Virus record (IMG/VR): IMGVR_UViG_3300047312_000028 | Location: 112,326 to 176,325 of that record | Length of the DNA stretch: 64,000 nt | Origin: a virus | Reading direction: 5' to 3' (one strand) | Notes under the pieces: generated by a model | What the model saw: only the letters and a program-made list of their open reading frames with translations | Told to the model about the DNA's origin: nothing | Databases searched by the model: none | Made by a program: the position numbers and the translations under genes | Shown here: piece after piece, positions 9,175 to 17,819 of the stretch | Layout: every line of letters starts with the position of its first letter | Position numbering within the stretch: the first letter of the stretch is position 1

Positions 9175-10847
9175 ATTGGTTTTATGAAAAGAACAACGAA
9201 CTCTTAGAGTCACCCGTCAACAAGACGTTTGAAGAACTCTTGTGGATGACGAAAGATGAATTCAGACAATGGGTGATTGATCTCCGCAAGACGGTGGTAT
9301 ACCTATGGGATGAGAAAGGCCAGCCACCTCGTGTTGGATATAACGAGAATGAAATTATCGAACAGTTCAACGATCTTGAGCCATTCATGGTCGATAGCTT
9401 CTTGAAACTTGATGAATACACAGGCGACAAGAATATCATTCGCAACACATCCAATCTTGGTAACGCGGTCAATCAGTTCTTCCCTACTATGATGAAGACT
9501 CGTATCAACTACACAAAAGACCCAAGTGCAGGTAAGTCCATCTATGACTTCTTCGCAAAGCCAGAGCTACTTGATACATTCATCACGTATGCTTCGCGGC
9601 ACTTTAAGCGCGACAGCTTCTATCATTACTCTGTACCAATCAAGACGTTTGATCGAACGCGCATGGGATTGCTGCCAGTGACACAGACTGGTATTGAGTG
9701 GATCAAAGAGTTTGAAGCTGGTGTATTCAGAAAGAAGAACTGGGACTACTGGCTGGCGCCACGAGAAATTGAATCAGAATACACAGGTTACAACGAAGAC
9801 CTGAAAGGCCAGTCCTACCTTCGTGTAACCAAACAAGAACTCGACACACTCACTGTACCCGACAAATGCAAGACTAATGTTCGAGAACTCAAAGACAATG
9901 AATCATTCTTGATCCGTGTGTTTGAGAAGGGACAGAAAGTATTCCCTATCGGTCTCAAAGCGTTTCGTGTCTCGTTCTGTCAATACGCTGTGAACTTCCC
10001 ACCGTTGACTGCAAAGTTCATTTATGAGAAGTATACCCAAGAGTGGAAAGATGAATCGATGATCTATGTCTGGGACCCATCGTCTGGTTGGGGTGGTCGT
10101 TTGCTCGGTGCATTGTCTGTTGCCGATACTTTGCGACTCACCTACCTAGGCAACGATCCTAATACCGATCATAACATCGGTCACGGGAAGACGAAGTATC
10201 ACGCTATTGCCGACTTCTATCATGAACATGTGCAGAAGGGCGGCGGGACCATGATGAAGTATGCAGAAAGTCCACGACCGCATAACAAGTTCGTCTTCTG
10301 GCAGAAGGGTTCTGAGGAGATGCAGTATGAACTTGAGTTTCTGAAGTATAAAGGAAAGTTGAGTCTGGTATTCACAAGTCCTCCGTACTTTGCCAAAGAA
10401 GCGTATTCAGAAGACAAAGAGCAATCTTATAAGAAGTTTTCACAGTATGATCTGTGGCGCGATGGTTTTTTACAAGAAACACTCAAGACCGCAGTTGAAT
10501 GGTTGCGCCCAGGCGGATATCTCGCGTGGAACATTGCCGATGCAGACTTTGGTGGGCAGACACTTCCACTAGAAGGAGATTCGCGTAAGTTCCTTGAAGA
10601 TGCCGGTATGATCTACGTTGAGACTATGAAAATGTCACTCGCACAGATGCCTGGCGGTAATCGACTTGACACTGTTACCGGTTTGCCGAAAGCTAAGAAC
10701 TTCTGCAAAGTCGATGGATTGTGGCTGAAGTACGAACCCATCTTTATCTATCGCAAACCCGGCACATCCGGCGCACAACGGCGCAAAGAGACAACACCCG
10801 ACAGACAGATCATAGTCAGACCTCCGGCAGGGAAGCTAGACTTTTGA
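9171..10847 (+). CDS. SAM-dependent DNA amino-methyltransferase-like protein
   Basis: motif I WDPSSGWGGRL, motif IV FTSPPYF, LRPGG, YEPIFI. Confidence 0.8.
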   Translation: MNWFYEKNNELLESPVNKTFEELLWMTKDEFRQWVIDLRKTVVYLWDEKGQPPRVGYNENEIIEQFNDLEPFMVDSFLKLDEYTGDKNIIRNTSNLGNAVNQFFPTMMKTRINYTKDPSAGKSIYDFFAKPELLDTFITYASRHFKRDSFYHYSVPIKTFDRTRMGLLPVTQTGIEWIKEFEAGVFRKKNWDYWLAPREIESEYTGYNEDLKGQSYLRVTKQELDTLTVPDKCKTNVRELKDNESFLIRVFEKGQKVFPIGLKAFRVSFCQYAVNFPPLTAKFIYEKYTQEWKDESMIYVWDPSSGWGGRLLGALSVADTLRLTYLGNDPNTDHNIGHGKTKYHAIADFYHEHVQKGGGTMMKYAESPRPHNKFVFWQKGSEEMQYELEFLKYKGKLSLVFTSPPYFAKEAYSEDKEQSYKKFSQYDLWRDGFLQETLKTAVEWLRPGGYLAWNIADADFGGQTLPLEGDSRKFLEDAGMIYVETMKMSLAQMPGGNRLDTVTGLPKAKNFCKVDGLWLKYEPIFIYRKPGTSGAQRRKETTPDRQIIVRPPAGKLDF

Positions 10848-10903
10848 GCAATATCAATGACTTACCCTCCAACATTATAATCCTCTAATCTTCACACAAT
10901 TTC

Positions 10904-10932
10904 TTGACTAACCCCCTATGCTCTGATATTCT
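10904..10932 (+). promoter_or_regulatory. sigma70-type promoter (IHF-consensus site at 10852-10864 upstream)
   Basis: TTGACT-N17-TATTCT; TATCAATGACTTA fits WATCAANNNNTTR. Confidence 0.55.
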
Positions 10933-10971
10933 CTAACCATAATGAGCAACAAAATAGGGGAGACAAAAAGC

Positions 10972-13449
10972 ATGTTCACAGTCGAAACAAAAAGCATGTT
11001 GGCAAAGTTGATGGCGACTGAGAATATCAAGGTCGAACATCGAAACTGCAAGACAGCGGGATTCAATCTGAAGACCCGCACCTTGATTTGCCCAATCTGG
11101 AAAGACATGTCAGGTGATCTGTATGACATGTTGATGGGTCATGAAATCTCACATGCTCTTCGTACCCCTGTTGATGGTTGGCACGATTCAGTTGTCTACG
11201 CTGGCGGCGACAAGAAAGCGAGCCCGGAAGCTCAACGCGCATTCAAGCATTTCCTGAACGTTGCTGAAGATGCACGAATTGAAAAGCTTGTGAAGCGCCA
11301 GTATCCCGGCATTCGTCGACCCATGGTCAATGCGTACAAAGAACTGCTAGCAAAAGACTTCTTCGGTCTTTCTGCCATCACAAATTTCAATGAACTCTAT
11401 TTGATCGATAAGCTGAATCTTGCCGCGAAGTGTGGAACTCTTGTAAACATTCGCTTCTACGGCAAAGAAAAAGCACTCTATGATGAAATGATGGGCACAG
11501 AGACATGGGATGAAGTGGTCGCGTTCACGCGCAAAGTGTACGAATATAGCAAAGAAGAACAGCAACAAGGCGAACAGAAGCGCAAAGAGCTTGCCGATCA
11601 TTTGAAAGAAATGTATGAGCAGGAGCAAGCTGAAGAGGACGAACAATGCGACGATGACGAAGATTCTTATTCTTTTGAGGGTGAAGGCGACGATGAAGAC
11701 GGCGAAGAAGGTGAGGATGGCGACAGCGACGGAGAGAGTGATGAAGATGAAGACGGCGAAGATGGCGACGGAAAAGGTGAAGATGGGGAAGACGGAGAAG
11801 AAGGCGATGGTAAGAAAAGTAAGTCAAAGGGTGAAAATGCCAAAGATGACAAAGAAAAGAAAGCTGATGACAAAGCAGTAGACAAAAAGAAAGATGACGG
11901 CAAGGGAAATCGAAGCAAGAAGTCTGATTCGACAAAACCGGCTCAGGTTGGCGAAGATAAGGGTCAAGAGAACTCGAACGAGAAAGGCGACTTTGTTCCT
12001 AAAGCAAAGACAGATGAAGCGTTCCGTGCTCGTGAGGAACGATTGATCGAAAAGACCAAGACTGAATCATATTATGTAAATATTCCTCTAGTCACGTTGA
12101 AGGATGTTGTAGCTCCTGCGGAGATCGTGAATCGTGGGCTCACGTACTACTACGCGGCGCGAAAAGAAGAAGGATACAAGCTCTTCAACGAATTCAAGAA
12201 GAAGAATGAGGACTATATCTCATTGCTGGCAAAAGAATTTGAAATGAAGAAAGCTGCACGATCATATGCGAAAGCGAAGATTTCAGATTCGGGCGATATC
12301 AATATCAACAAGCTGGCAAACTATCGCATGGAAGATAACATCTTCAAGAAGATGATTCAGGTTCATAAAGGTAAGTCTCACGGTCTAGTCTTGATTCTCG
12401 ACAAATCTGGTTCGATGCACCAGCACATTGAAGGGGCAATGGAACAGATTCTTGTCATGGCGCTCTTCTGTCGTAAGGTCAATATCCCGTTCGTTGCGTA
12501 TAGCTTCACAAGCAGTGGGTGTGGTTCGATGGAACATGACTTTCCAGGACGTGGACATGGATCAAAGAATCCTTTAAGACCATTCAGCAAGCGCCCCCTC
12601 GACATGATAATGGGCAATCTTGAACTTCGTGAAATGTTCAACTCAAAGATGCCCGCTAGCGAGTTTACACAATCAATTATGAACCACTTGATGGTAGCGA
12701 AAGCGTTATCAAGTCGCCAAGGGTATTCAGCACCCAATCATGAACGCATGGGCGGCACCCCGCTGAACGAAGCGTTGGTAGCCTTGCGTGATCTGATTCG
12801 CCAGTTCAAAGGTCAACATCGATTAGATATCGTGAATGCTGTAGTCGTGCATGACGGCGATTCTGATGGTAACAGCAGAGCCTTTGCTGAGAATAGCAAT
12901 ACCAAGGGCAACGAGGGCGACCATTCGTATTCATACAACACAATCCATTTTCATCCAGAAATCAATCGTCTGACTCTTGTGGACACGAAAGAGAAGATCC
13001 AGATTGATGTGCCGAAAGAAAGCCGGGGCCTCACGATTGCATTGATGAAGTGGATTCAGATGACCGCCGATTGTGGAGTCTTCGGATTCTACATCACAGG
13101 CGCTACAGCATCGACGGCACGTGGTGGGATCATGAATCTCTTTCAGAATGAGCAGGGAATTAAATTAGAGCATGTGCGCAAGCATAATACAAATGAAGCG
13201 GGGATGTTGATTGACAAGCTCTGCCGCGAAGTGATCGAAAAGAAGTTCCTTGAATCATGGACTTCAGGCTACACGCGGTTCTATTTCATTCCCGGTTCAG
13301 TTGAGTTGAAGACCGAGAATCTTCAGATGGTTGAGAACGGCAAGGGTTGGACCCCTTCGCGTCTTCTGACGGCGTTTAAGCGGGTCAATCGACGTAAACA
13401 AGTGTCTCGCGTTCTCGTGAACAAGTTTATTGAGCTAATCGCCGTCTAA
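10972..13449 (+). CDS. CobT-like protein: N-terminal HExxH domain, acidic linker, C-terminal vWA
   Basis: GHEISHAL, NVAEDARIE, D/E/G-rich linker, LDKSGSM MIDAS, GGTPLNE; GGGGAG SD before ATG 10972. Confidence 0.85.
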   Translation: MFTVETKSMLAKLMATENIKVEHRNCKTAGFNLKTRTLICPIWKDMSGDLYDMLMGHEISHALRTPVDGWHDSVVYAGGDKKASPEAQRAFKHFLNVAEDARIEKLVKRQYPGIRRPMVNAYKELLAKDFFGLSAITNFNELYLIDKLNLAAKCGTLVNIRFYGKEKALYDEMMGTETWDEVVAFTRKVYEYSKEEQQQGEQKRKELADHLKEMYEQEQAEEDEQCDDDEDSYSFEGEGDDEDGEEGEDGDSDGESDEDEDGEDGDGKGEDGEDGEEGDGKKSKSKGENAKDDKEKKADDKAVDKKKDDGKGNRSKKSDSTKPAQVGEDKGQENSNEKGDFVPKAKTDEAFRAREERLIEKTKTESYYVNIPLVTLKDVVAPAEIVNRGLTYYYAARKEEGYKLFNEFKKKNEDYISLLAKEFEMKKAARSYAKAKISDSGDININKLANYRMEDNIFKKMIQVHKGKSHGLVLILDKSGSMHQHIEGAMEQILVMALFCRKVNIPFVAYSFTSSGCGSMEHDFPGRGHGSKNPLRPFSKRPLDMIMGNLELREMFNSKMPASEFTQSIMNHLMVAKALSSRQGYSAPNHERMGGTPLNEALVALRDLIRQFKGQHRLDIVNAVVVHDGDSDGNSRAFAENSNTKGNEGDHSYSYNTIHFHPEINRLTLVDTKEKIQIDVPKESRGLTIALMKWIQMTADCGVFGFYITGATASTARGGIMNLFQNEQGIKLEHVRKHNTNEAGMLIDKLCREVIEKKFLESWTSGYTRFYFIPGSVELKTENLQMVENGKGWTPSRLLTAFKRVNRRKQVSRVLVNKFIELIAV
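11620..11900 (+). repeat. low-complexity acidic (D/E/G) then Lys/Asp-rich coding tract
   Basis: repeated GAAGA(C/T)GGCGA units encoding EDGE/DGD. Confidence 0.7.
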
Positions 13450-13487
13450 GTGTACAAAAATGTACAGAAAATACGTGGTATTTGAGC

Positions 13488-13516
13488 TTGACTTTGTGGT
13501 GTGTCTTTGTTAGACT
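13488..13516 (+). promoter_or_regulatory. sigma70-type promoter
   Basis: TTGACT-N17-TAGACT. Confidence 0.65.
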
Positions 13517-13555
13517 TCTACCAGATTGACACACATATCAACAAAAGGAGCGAAT

Positions 13556-14791
13556 ATGACAGAGCGAATTGAATCCCGTGACAAGTTTCTGGCTCTCTTA
13601 GTCTCGACTGGCAAGAGTGTCATTACGAAACAAGAGATACGGGACTTGTGTGAAGCGAATGATATGAAGGTCCCTCAGTGGTTCACGAAAGACGATGTGA
13701 ACCGCGCGGGTCGCGGGATGTTCAGAGTGCCAGGTGTCCCAGTGTCAATCACAGCAGATAATCACGTATCAACTCAAGAAGAGAAAGAGGAGGAGATTGT
13801 GGAACAAGTTGCTATGCAGCCGTTGGCATTGGCGCCTGTGACAAAGAAACTCAAGATTGCGACGATTGCAACCGATCTTGAAGAGCAGGGGATTATCCCG
13901 CTCAAGTATAAGAACTATGTTCCCTTCGGCAACTTTGATGATCTGAAGGCGATCATTCTTTCTCGACAGTTCTACCCCGTGTTCATCACAGGCCCGTCTG
14001 GTAACGGCAAGAGCTTGTCAGTTGAGCAGGTCTGTGCAATGCTCGGGCGTGAATATGTGTGTGTTAGTATGACGCCTGAGACTGATGAAGGTGACTTGCT
14101 CGGCAACTACATCTTGCTTGACAATCAGATGATTTGGCGAGACGGTGCAGTGACTACAGCGGCTCGACGTGGCGCGGTTCTTTGTATCGATGAAATTGAC
14201 TACGGCGCACAGAATCTTTCGTGTCTGCAACGAGTGCTTGAAGGAAAGCCGTTCTTGCTTAAGAAGAAAGGCGAACTTGTGACCCCGGCTCCTGGGTTCC
14301 AGATCATTGCGACTGCGAACACAAAGGGGAAGGGATCTGAAGACGGACGCTACATGTTCACGAACGTCTTGAATGAATCGTTCCTTGAGCGATTCCCTAT
14401 CACGTTCGAGCAAGAATGGGCGCCGAACAATGTTGAGCGACGTATTATCAAGAAAGAACTCGAAACGTCTGGTCGTGAGGATGATGACTTTGCGATGAAC
14501 TTGGTCACCTGGGCTAGCACGATTCGCAAGGCCTACGAAGAAGAAGGTGCTTCAAGTGAAGTAGTCTCGACTCGTAGACTGGTGCACATTGCCCGTGCGT
14601 ATCCGATATTCAACGGAGATCGTATCAAGGCCATCACGTATTGTTTGAACCGATTCGATGAAGAAACCAAGAAGTCATTCATCGATTTGTACACGAAGGT
14701 GGATGCCAGCGTGACTGTGAACAATACAGTGAACTCTACCGATCCGAGTGCGATACCAGACCCTGATGCGGCGACTATAGTGGTAACATAA
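13556..14791 (+). CDS. cobS: CobS/MoxR-like AAA+ ATPase
   Basis: GPSGNGKS, LCIDEID, ATANTKGKG..DGRY, FLERF, STRRLVHI. Confidence 0.9.
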   Translation: MTERIESRDKFLALLVSTGKSVITKQEIRDLCEANDMKVPQWFTKDDVNRAGRGMFRVPGVPVSITADNHVSTQEEKEEEIVEQVAMQPLALAPVTKKLKIATIATDLEEQGIIPLKYKNYVPFGNFDDLKAIILSRQFYPVFITGPSGNGKSLSVEQVCAMLGREYVCVSMTPETDEGDLLGNYILLDNQMIWRDGAVTTAARRGAVLCIDEIDYGAQNLSCLQRVLEGKPFLLKKKGELVTPAPGFQIIATANTKGKGSEDGRYMFTNVLNESFLERFPITFEQEWAPNNVERRIIKKELETSGREDDDFAMNLVTWASTIRKAYEEEGASSEVVSTRRLVHIARAYPIFNGDRIKAITYCLNRFDEETKKSFIDLYTKVDASVTVNNTVNSTDPSAIPDPDAATIVVT

Positions 14792-14798
14792 AAAGTTC

Positions 14799-14827
14799 TT
14801 GACAGTTCGTCCGAGTTGTGTTATCAT
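14799..14827 (+). promoter_or_regulatory. sigma70 promoter
   Basis: TTGACA-N17-TATCAT. Confidence 0.8.
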
Positions 14828-14843
14828 GCGTCATTGAATGTAC

Positions 14844-14924
14844 ATGCTGCCGCCTGAAAGAGTGCAGCATTAAACAAATTGAGGGTGGATCGACCTCCTT
14901 TTCGATCCGTTAAACAATGAGGTG
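14844..14924 (+). promoter_or_regulatory. structured 5' leader: two hairpins, anti-SD loop, repeated TTAAACAA
   Basis: ATGCTGC/GCAGCAT and GGATCGA/TCGATCC stems; loop CCTCCTTT complementary to the downstream SD GAGG. Confidence 0.6.
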
Positions 14925-14929
14925 TTTTG

Positions 14930-15214
14930 ATGGCGAAGGTAGCAAAGGTTTCTGGCAAGTCACGCATTTTGGCATTCTTGCAGAAGACTGAGGGTTACAA
15001 CACTCTCAGCGTCCGTCAGGCTCAAGCCCGCTTTAGAGTTGCAAACGTGTCAGCAACGATTGCGAAGCTCAGAGCAGAAGGATATTCCATCTACACAAAC
15101 ACGCGCAAGCGTGGCGATGGAAGTGCAGTGGCAGTGTATCGCTTGGGTCGTCCGTCTGCGTCCTTTATTGCGCAGTGTGAATTGCGGAACGTCACCCCGA
15201 AGGGCACGAACTAA
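14930..15214 (+). CDS. small winged-HTH DNA-binding protein
   Basis: LS..QAQARF.V.NVSA.I..LR.EGY.IYTN...YRLG pattern; has its own promoter and terminator. Confidence 0.7.
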   Translation: MAKVAKVSGKSRILAFLQKTEGYNTLSVRQAQARFRVANVSATIAKLRAEGYSIYTNTRKRGDGSAVAVYRLGRPSASFIAQCELRNVTPKGTN

Positions 15215-15245
15215 TCCAAGTTCGTTTCTGTCCTTCTAGTAGTCG

Positions 15246-15280
15246 GCGGAGGTCTCCAATCGGGGGCCTCCGCTTTGTTT
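15246..15280 (+). terminator. Rho-independent terminator
   Basis: GCGGAGGTCTCC-AATC-GGGGGCCTCCGC followed by TTTGTTT. Confidence 0.8.
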
Positions 15281-15300
15281 CGTCTTCTGGAGAACCCACC

Positions 15301-15762
15301 ATGACTCAATCATTTAGAAAATGGGACCTGCGTTTCATCGAACTCGCCAAACATATTTCCACATGGTCAAAAGATCCCAGCACTCAGCTAGGTTCAGTGA
15401 TCGTTGACAAGCGCAATCGAGTTATCTCTATGGGGTACAACGGTTTCCCTCGTGGCGTGAAAGACACACCTGAACGACTGAATACCAGAGAAGTCAAATA
15501 TAAGATGATCGTTCATGGTGAAATGAATGCCCTAGTGTTCGCAACGCAACCCCTCAAGGGAACCACCATGTACATCTGGCCGTTTATTTCATGCTCTACA
15601 TGCACAGCGGTTATTATCAATGCGGGTATACAACGAGTCGTAGCACCTGTGAATGACAACCCACGATGGAAAGAATCGTTCGATCTAAGTAAGCAACTCT
15701 ACCATGAAGCTGGCGTACAAGTTGTCCTTCTTGATGGATTATTGGGGGAGGAGTTATGCTGA
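15301..15762 (+). CDS. cd: dCMP deaminase
   Basis: SKDPSTQ.G, GYNG.PRG, HGEMNA, CSTC. Confidence 0.92.
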   Translation: MTQSFRKWDLRFIELAKHISTWSKDPSTQLGSVIVDKRNRVISMGYNGFPRGVKDTPERLNTREVKYKMIVHGEMNALVFATQPLKGTTMYIWPFISCSTCTAVIINAGIQRVVAPVNDNPRWKESFDLSKQLYHEAGVQVVLLDGLLGEELC

Positions 15763-15836
15763 TTTTTATTACTATAATTGCAGTACTGCTTTTCTTGATC
15801 TTCGTTCATGAAATTACAACCCCAAAAGGACAATAG
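15756..15836 (+). CDS. 26-aa hydrophobic microprotein
   Basis: strong GGAGGAG SD; MLIFITIIAVLLFLIFVHEITTPKGQ. Confidence 0.5.
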   Translation: MLIFITIIAVLLFLIFVHEITTPKGQ

Positions 15837-15837
15837 G

Positions 15838-16152
15838 ATGATACCAGAATATATAAAACAAGAAGCAGGTAAAATACTTTACTCATACGCGGGGGAGGTA
15901 AATGATGAAGTCACAAGGTCGCGTATTACCCTTCAGCTTGCTGGATTATTTCGTTCGCTCAAAGAGGCTGATATGATAGAACGATTCTCTGTGTACTGCA
16001 ATAAAGAGAACAACACACCGGATGTGATCGACGAACATGCCGTTGTGGTTGATATCAGAATACAGTTTCCTGAATCCCCAGATCATATAGATTTCCAAGC
16101 TAAATTTGAAGTGAAAGGAGTAGATTTCTCTGAGTTAACCTCCGGAGAATGA
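15838..16152 (+). CDS. stand-alone tail-sheath (gp18) C-terminal-domain-like protein
   Basis: E.ND..TR...F.V.C..ENNTPDVID.....DI......GVDFSE matches the gp18 C-terminus pattern. Confidence 0.7.
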   Translation: MIPEYIKQEAGKILYSYAGEVNDEVTRSRITLQLAGLFRSLKEADMIERFSVYCNKENNTPDVIDEHAVVVDIRIQFPESPDHIDFQAKFEVKGVDFSELTSGE

Positions 16153-16198
16153 CGCATATATAGTATGATGATATTTATTTCTCCCACGGAGGTGAACT

Positions 16199-16993
16199 TT
16201 GGAAATCAAGATTGACCTAGATAAACTGCGCCAACATCGAATCTTCATTGCCACTCCAATGTACGGCGGTATGTGTTGTGGTATGTACATGAAGAGTTGC
16301 TTGGATCTGCAAACGATCTTTCAACAATATGGCATTCCTTCTCGCTTCAGTTTCATCTTCAACGAATCACTAATCACCAGGGCCCGTAACTACTTGGTGG
16401 ATGAATTCTTGCGTACCGATTTCACACACTTACTCTTCCTCGATGCCGACATTCATTTCAACCCGCAAGATATCGTGGCCATGTTGGCATTAGACAAAGA
16501 CGTGATCGGTGCACCTTATCCTAAGAAAGCATTGAACTGGGGAAACATTGCTGATGCCGCGCGTAAACACCCAGAGCTTGATCCTAAAGAACTCGAAAAC
16601 GTAGTCGGTGATTATGTGTTCAACGTGGTCAAGGGTACTGAACGTTTCCAAGTGTCTGAACCCCTTGAAGTCATGGAGATCGGCACAGGCTACATGCTCA
16701 TTAAGCGTGATGTGTTTATGAAGTGGGCAGAAGCGTATCCACATAAGAAGTATCGTCCTGACCATGTCGGTCAAAAGAACTTCGACGGTTCGCGCTATAT
16801 TCATGCGTACTTTGACACCGAGATCGATCCAGACTCAGAGCGTTACTTATCAGAAGACTATGCGTTCTGCCAGTGGTATCGTAAGATTGGTGGTCATATC
16901 TGGCTCTGTCCTTGGGTGCAGACTCAACACGTTGGTACCTATGCGTTCACAGGCAACATGGCGAAGATTGCAGACTTGACGGGGAAACTCTAA
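16199..16993 (+). CDS. GT-A fold glycosyltransferase-like protein
   Basis: IATPMYGG, ESLITRARN, LFLDADI (DxD), GTGYMLIKR, SEDY.FC; TTG start after GGAGGTG. Confidence 0.8.
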   Translation: MEIKIDLDKLRQHRIFIATPMYGGMCCGMYMKSCLDLQTIFQQYGIPSRFSFIFNESLITRARNYLVDEFLRTDFTHLLFLDADIHFNPQDIVAMLALDKDVIGAPYPKKALNWGNIADAARKHPELDPKELENVVGDYVFNVVKGTERFQVSEPLEVMEIGTGYMLIKRDVFMKWAEAYPHKKYRPDHVGQKNFDGSRYIHAYFDTEIDPDSERYLSEDYAFCQWYRKIGGHIWLCPWVQTQHVGTYAFTGNMAKIADLTGKL

Positions 16994-17142
16994 TGGAAGA
17001 ACTTCTTTGGAAAATCTCTGTGGAAGGTGTAGAGCACAAAAAACTCTACACTACCAAAGAGCGTGATGAAATGTTCGGCAGATTGACAATGATACAATTT
17101 GCCACAGTAACGGCCATTCAAGTAGGAGTGAATTATACATGA
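16993..17142 (+). CDS. hypothetical 49-aa protein
   Basis: TAATG and ATGA overlaps with its neighbours. Confidence 0.5.
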   Translation: MEELLWKISVEGVEHKKLYTTKERDEMFGRLTMIQFATVTAIQVGVNYT

Positions 17143-17777
17143 TTATTGGACTTGTGGGATTCATCGGCTCTGGGAAAGGCACTGTTGGCGACCTACTACA
17201 CACTCAATATGGTTATGCGACTGATTCATTTGCTCGACCATTGAAAGATGCTGTAGCTGCGATCTTTGGTTGGGACCGTGACATGCTAGAAGGCAACACG
17301 GTACAATCACGCGCCTGGCGCGAAGTGCCAGATGCTTTCTGGTCTGAGAAGTTTGGATATCCTTTCACTCCTCGACAAGCTCTCCAATTGATGGGTACCG
17401 AAGCGGGCCGAAACGTATTTCACAAACAAGTCTGGGTGATTTCTCTCCTACAGCGAAACCAGGGTCGTGATGTGGTGGTCACTGATGTTCGATTCAAGAA
17501 CGAAGTGCAGGCCCTTCATGATGCAGGTGGTATTATCGTGCGAGTGCGACGTGGTCCAGAACCAGAATGGTACGAGACCGCATTGAATGCCAATCAAGGT
17601 GATCCGGTCGCGTTAGCGAGTATGATGTTTTCATCCCCACTTATTCATTCTTCAGAATGGGACTGGATCGGTTCCAATATCAATCACACAATCTATAATG
17701 ATGGTAGACTTGCCGACCTTCAAGATAATGTTCGGCATTTAGTTGAAAATCGAAATGTGTTCTTGACTTCGTTGTAA
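17139..17777 (+). CDS. gp1: deoxynucleoside monophosphate kinase
   Basis: G..GSGKGT, SFA.PLK, PRQALQ.MGTE, TDVRF.NE, H.SE. Confidence 0.92.
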   Translation: MIIGLVGFIGSGKGTVGDLLHTQYGYATDSFARPLKDAVAAIFGWDRDMLEGNTVQSRAWREVPDAFWSEKFGYPFTPRQALQLMGTEAGRNVFHKQVWVISLLQRNQGRDVVVTDVRFKNEVQALHDAGGIIVRVRRGPEPEWYETALNANQGDPVALASMMFSSPLIHSSEWDWIGSNINHTIYNDGRLADLQDNVRHLVENRNVFLTSL

Positions 17778-17791
17778 GTTCCGAGTATAAT
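17763..17791 (+). promoter_or_regulatory. sigma70 promoter
   Basis: TTGACT-N17-TATAAT. Confidence 0.8.
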
Positions 17792-17819
17792 TCATTTATT
17801 ATTAACCTGTGAGGTCCCT

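Noticed and set aside
11347-11935. Several alternative-frame and antisense ORFs
   Set aside because: Shadows of the low-complexity acidic linker
10972-14791. Cobalamin-biosynthesis auxiliary genes
   Set aside because: No cobN or other cob genes are present; phage CobS/CobT-like proteins are generic MoxR/vWA pairs
14887-14901. 16S rRNA gene fragment
   Set aside because: Only about 14 nt of similarity with no flanking rRNA sequence; treated as an anti-SD element
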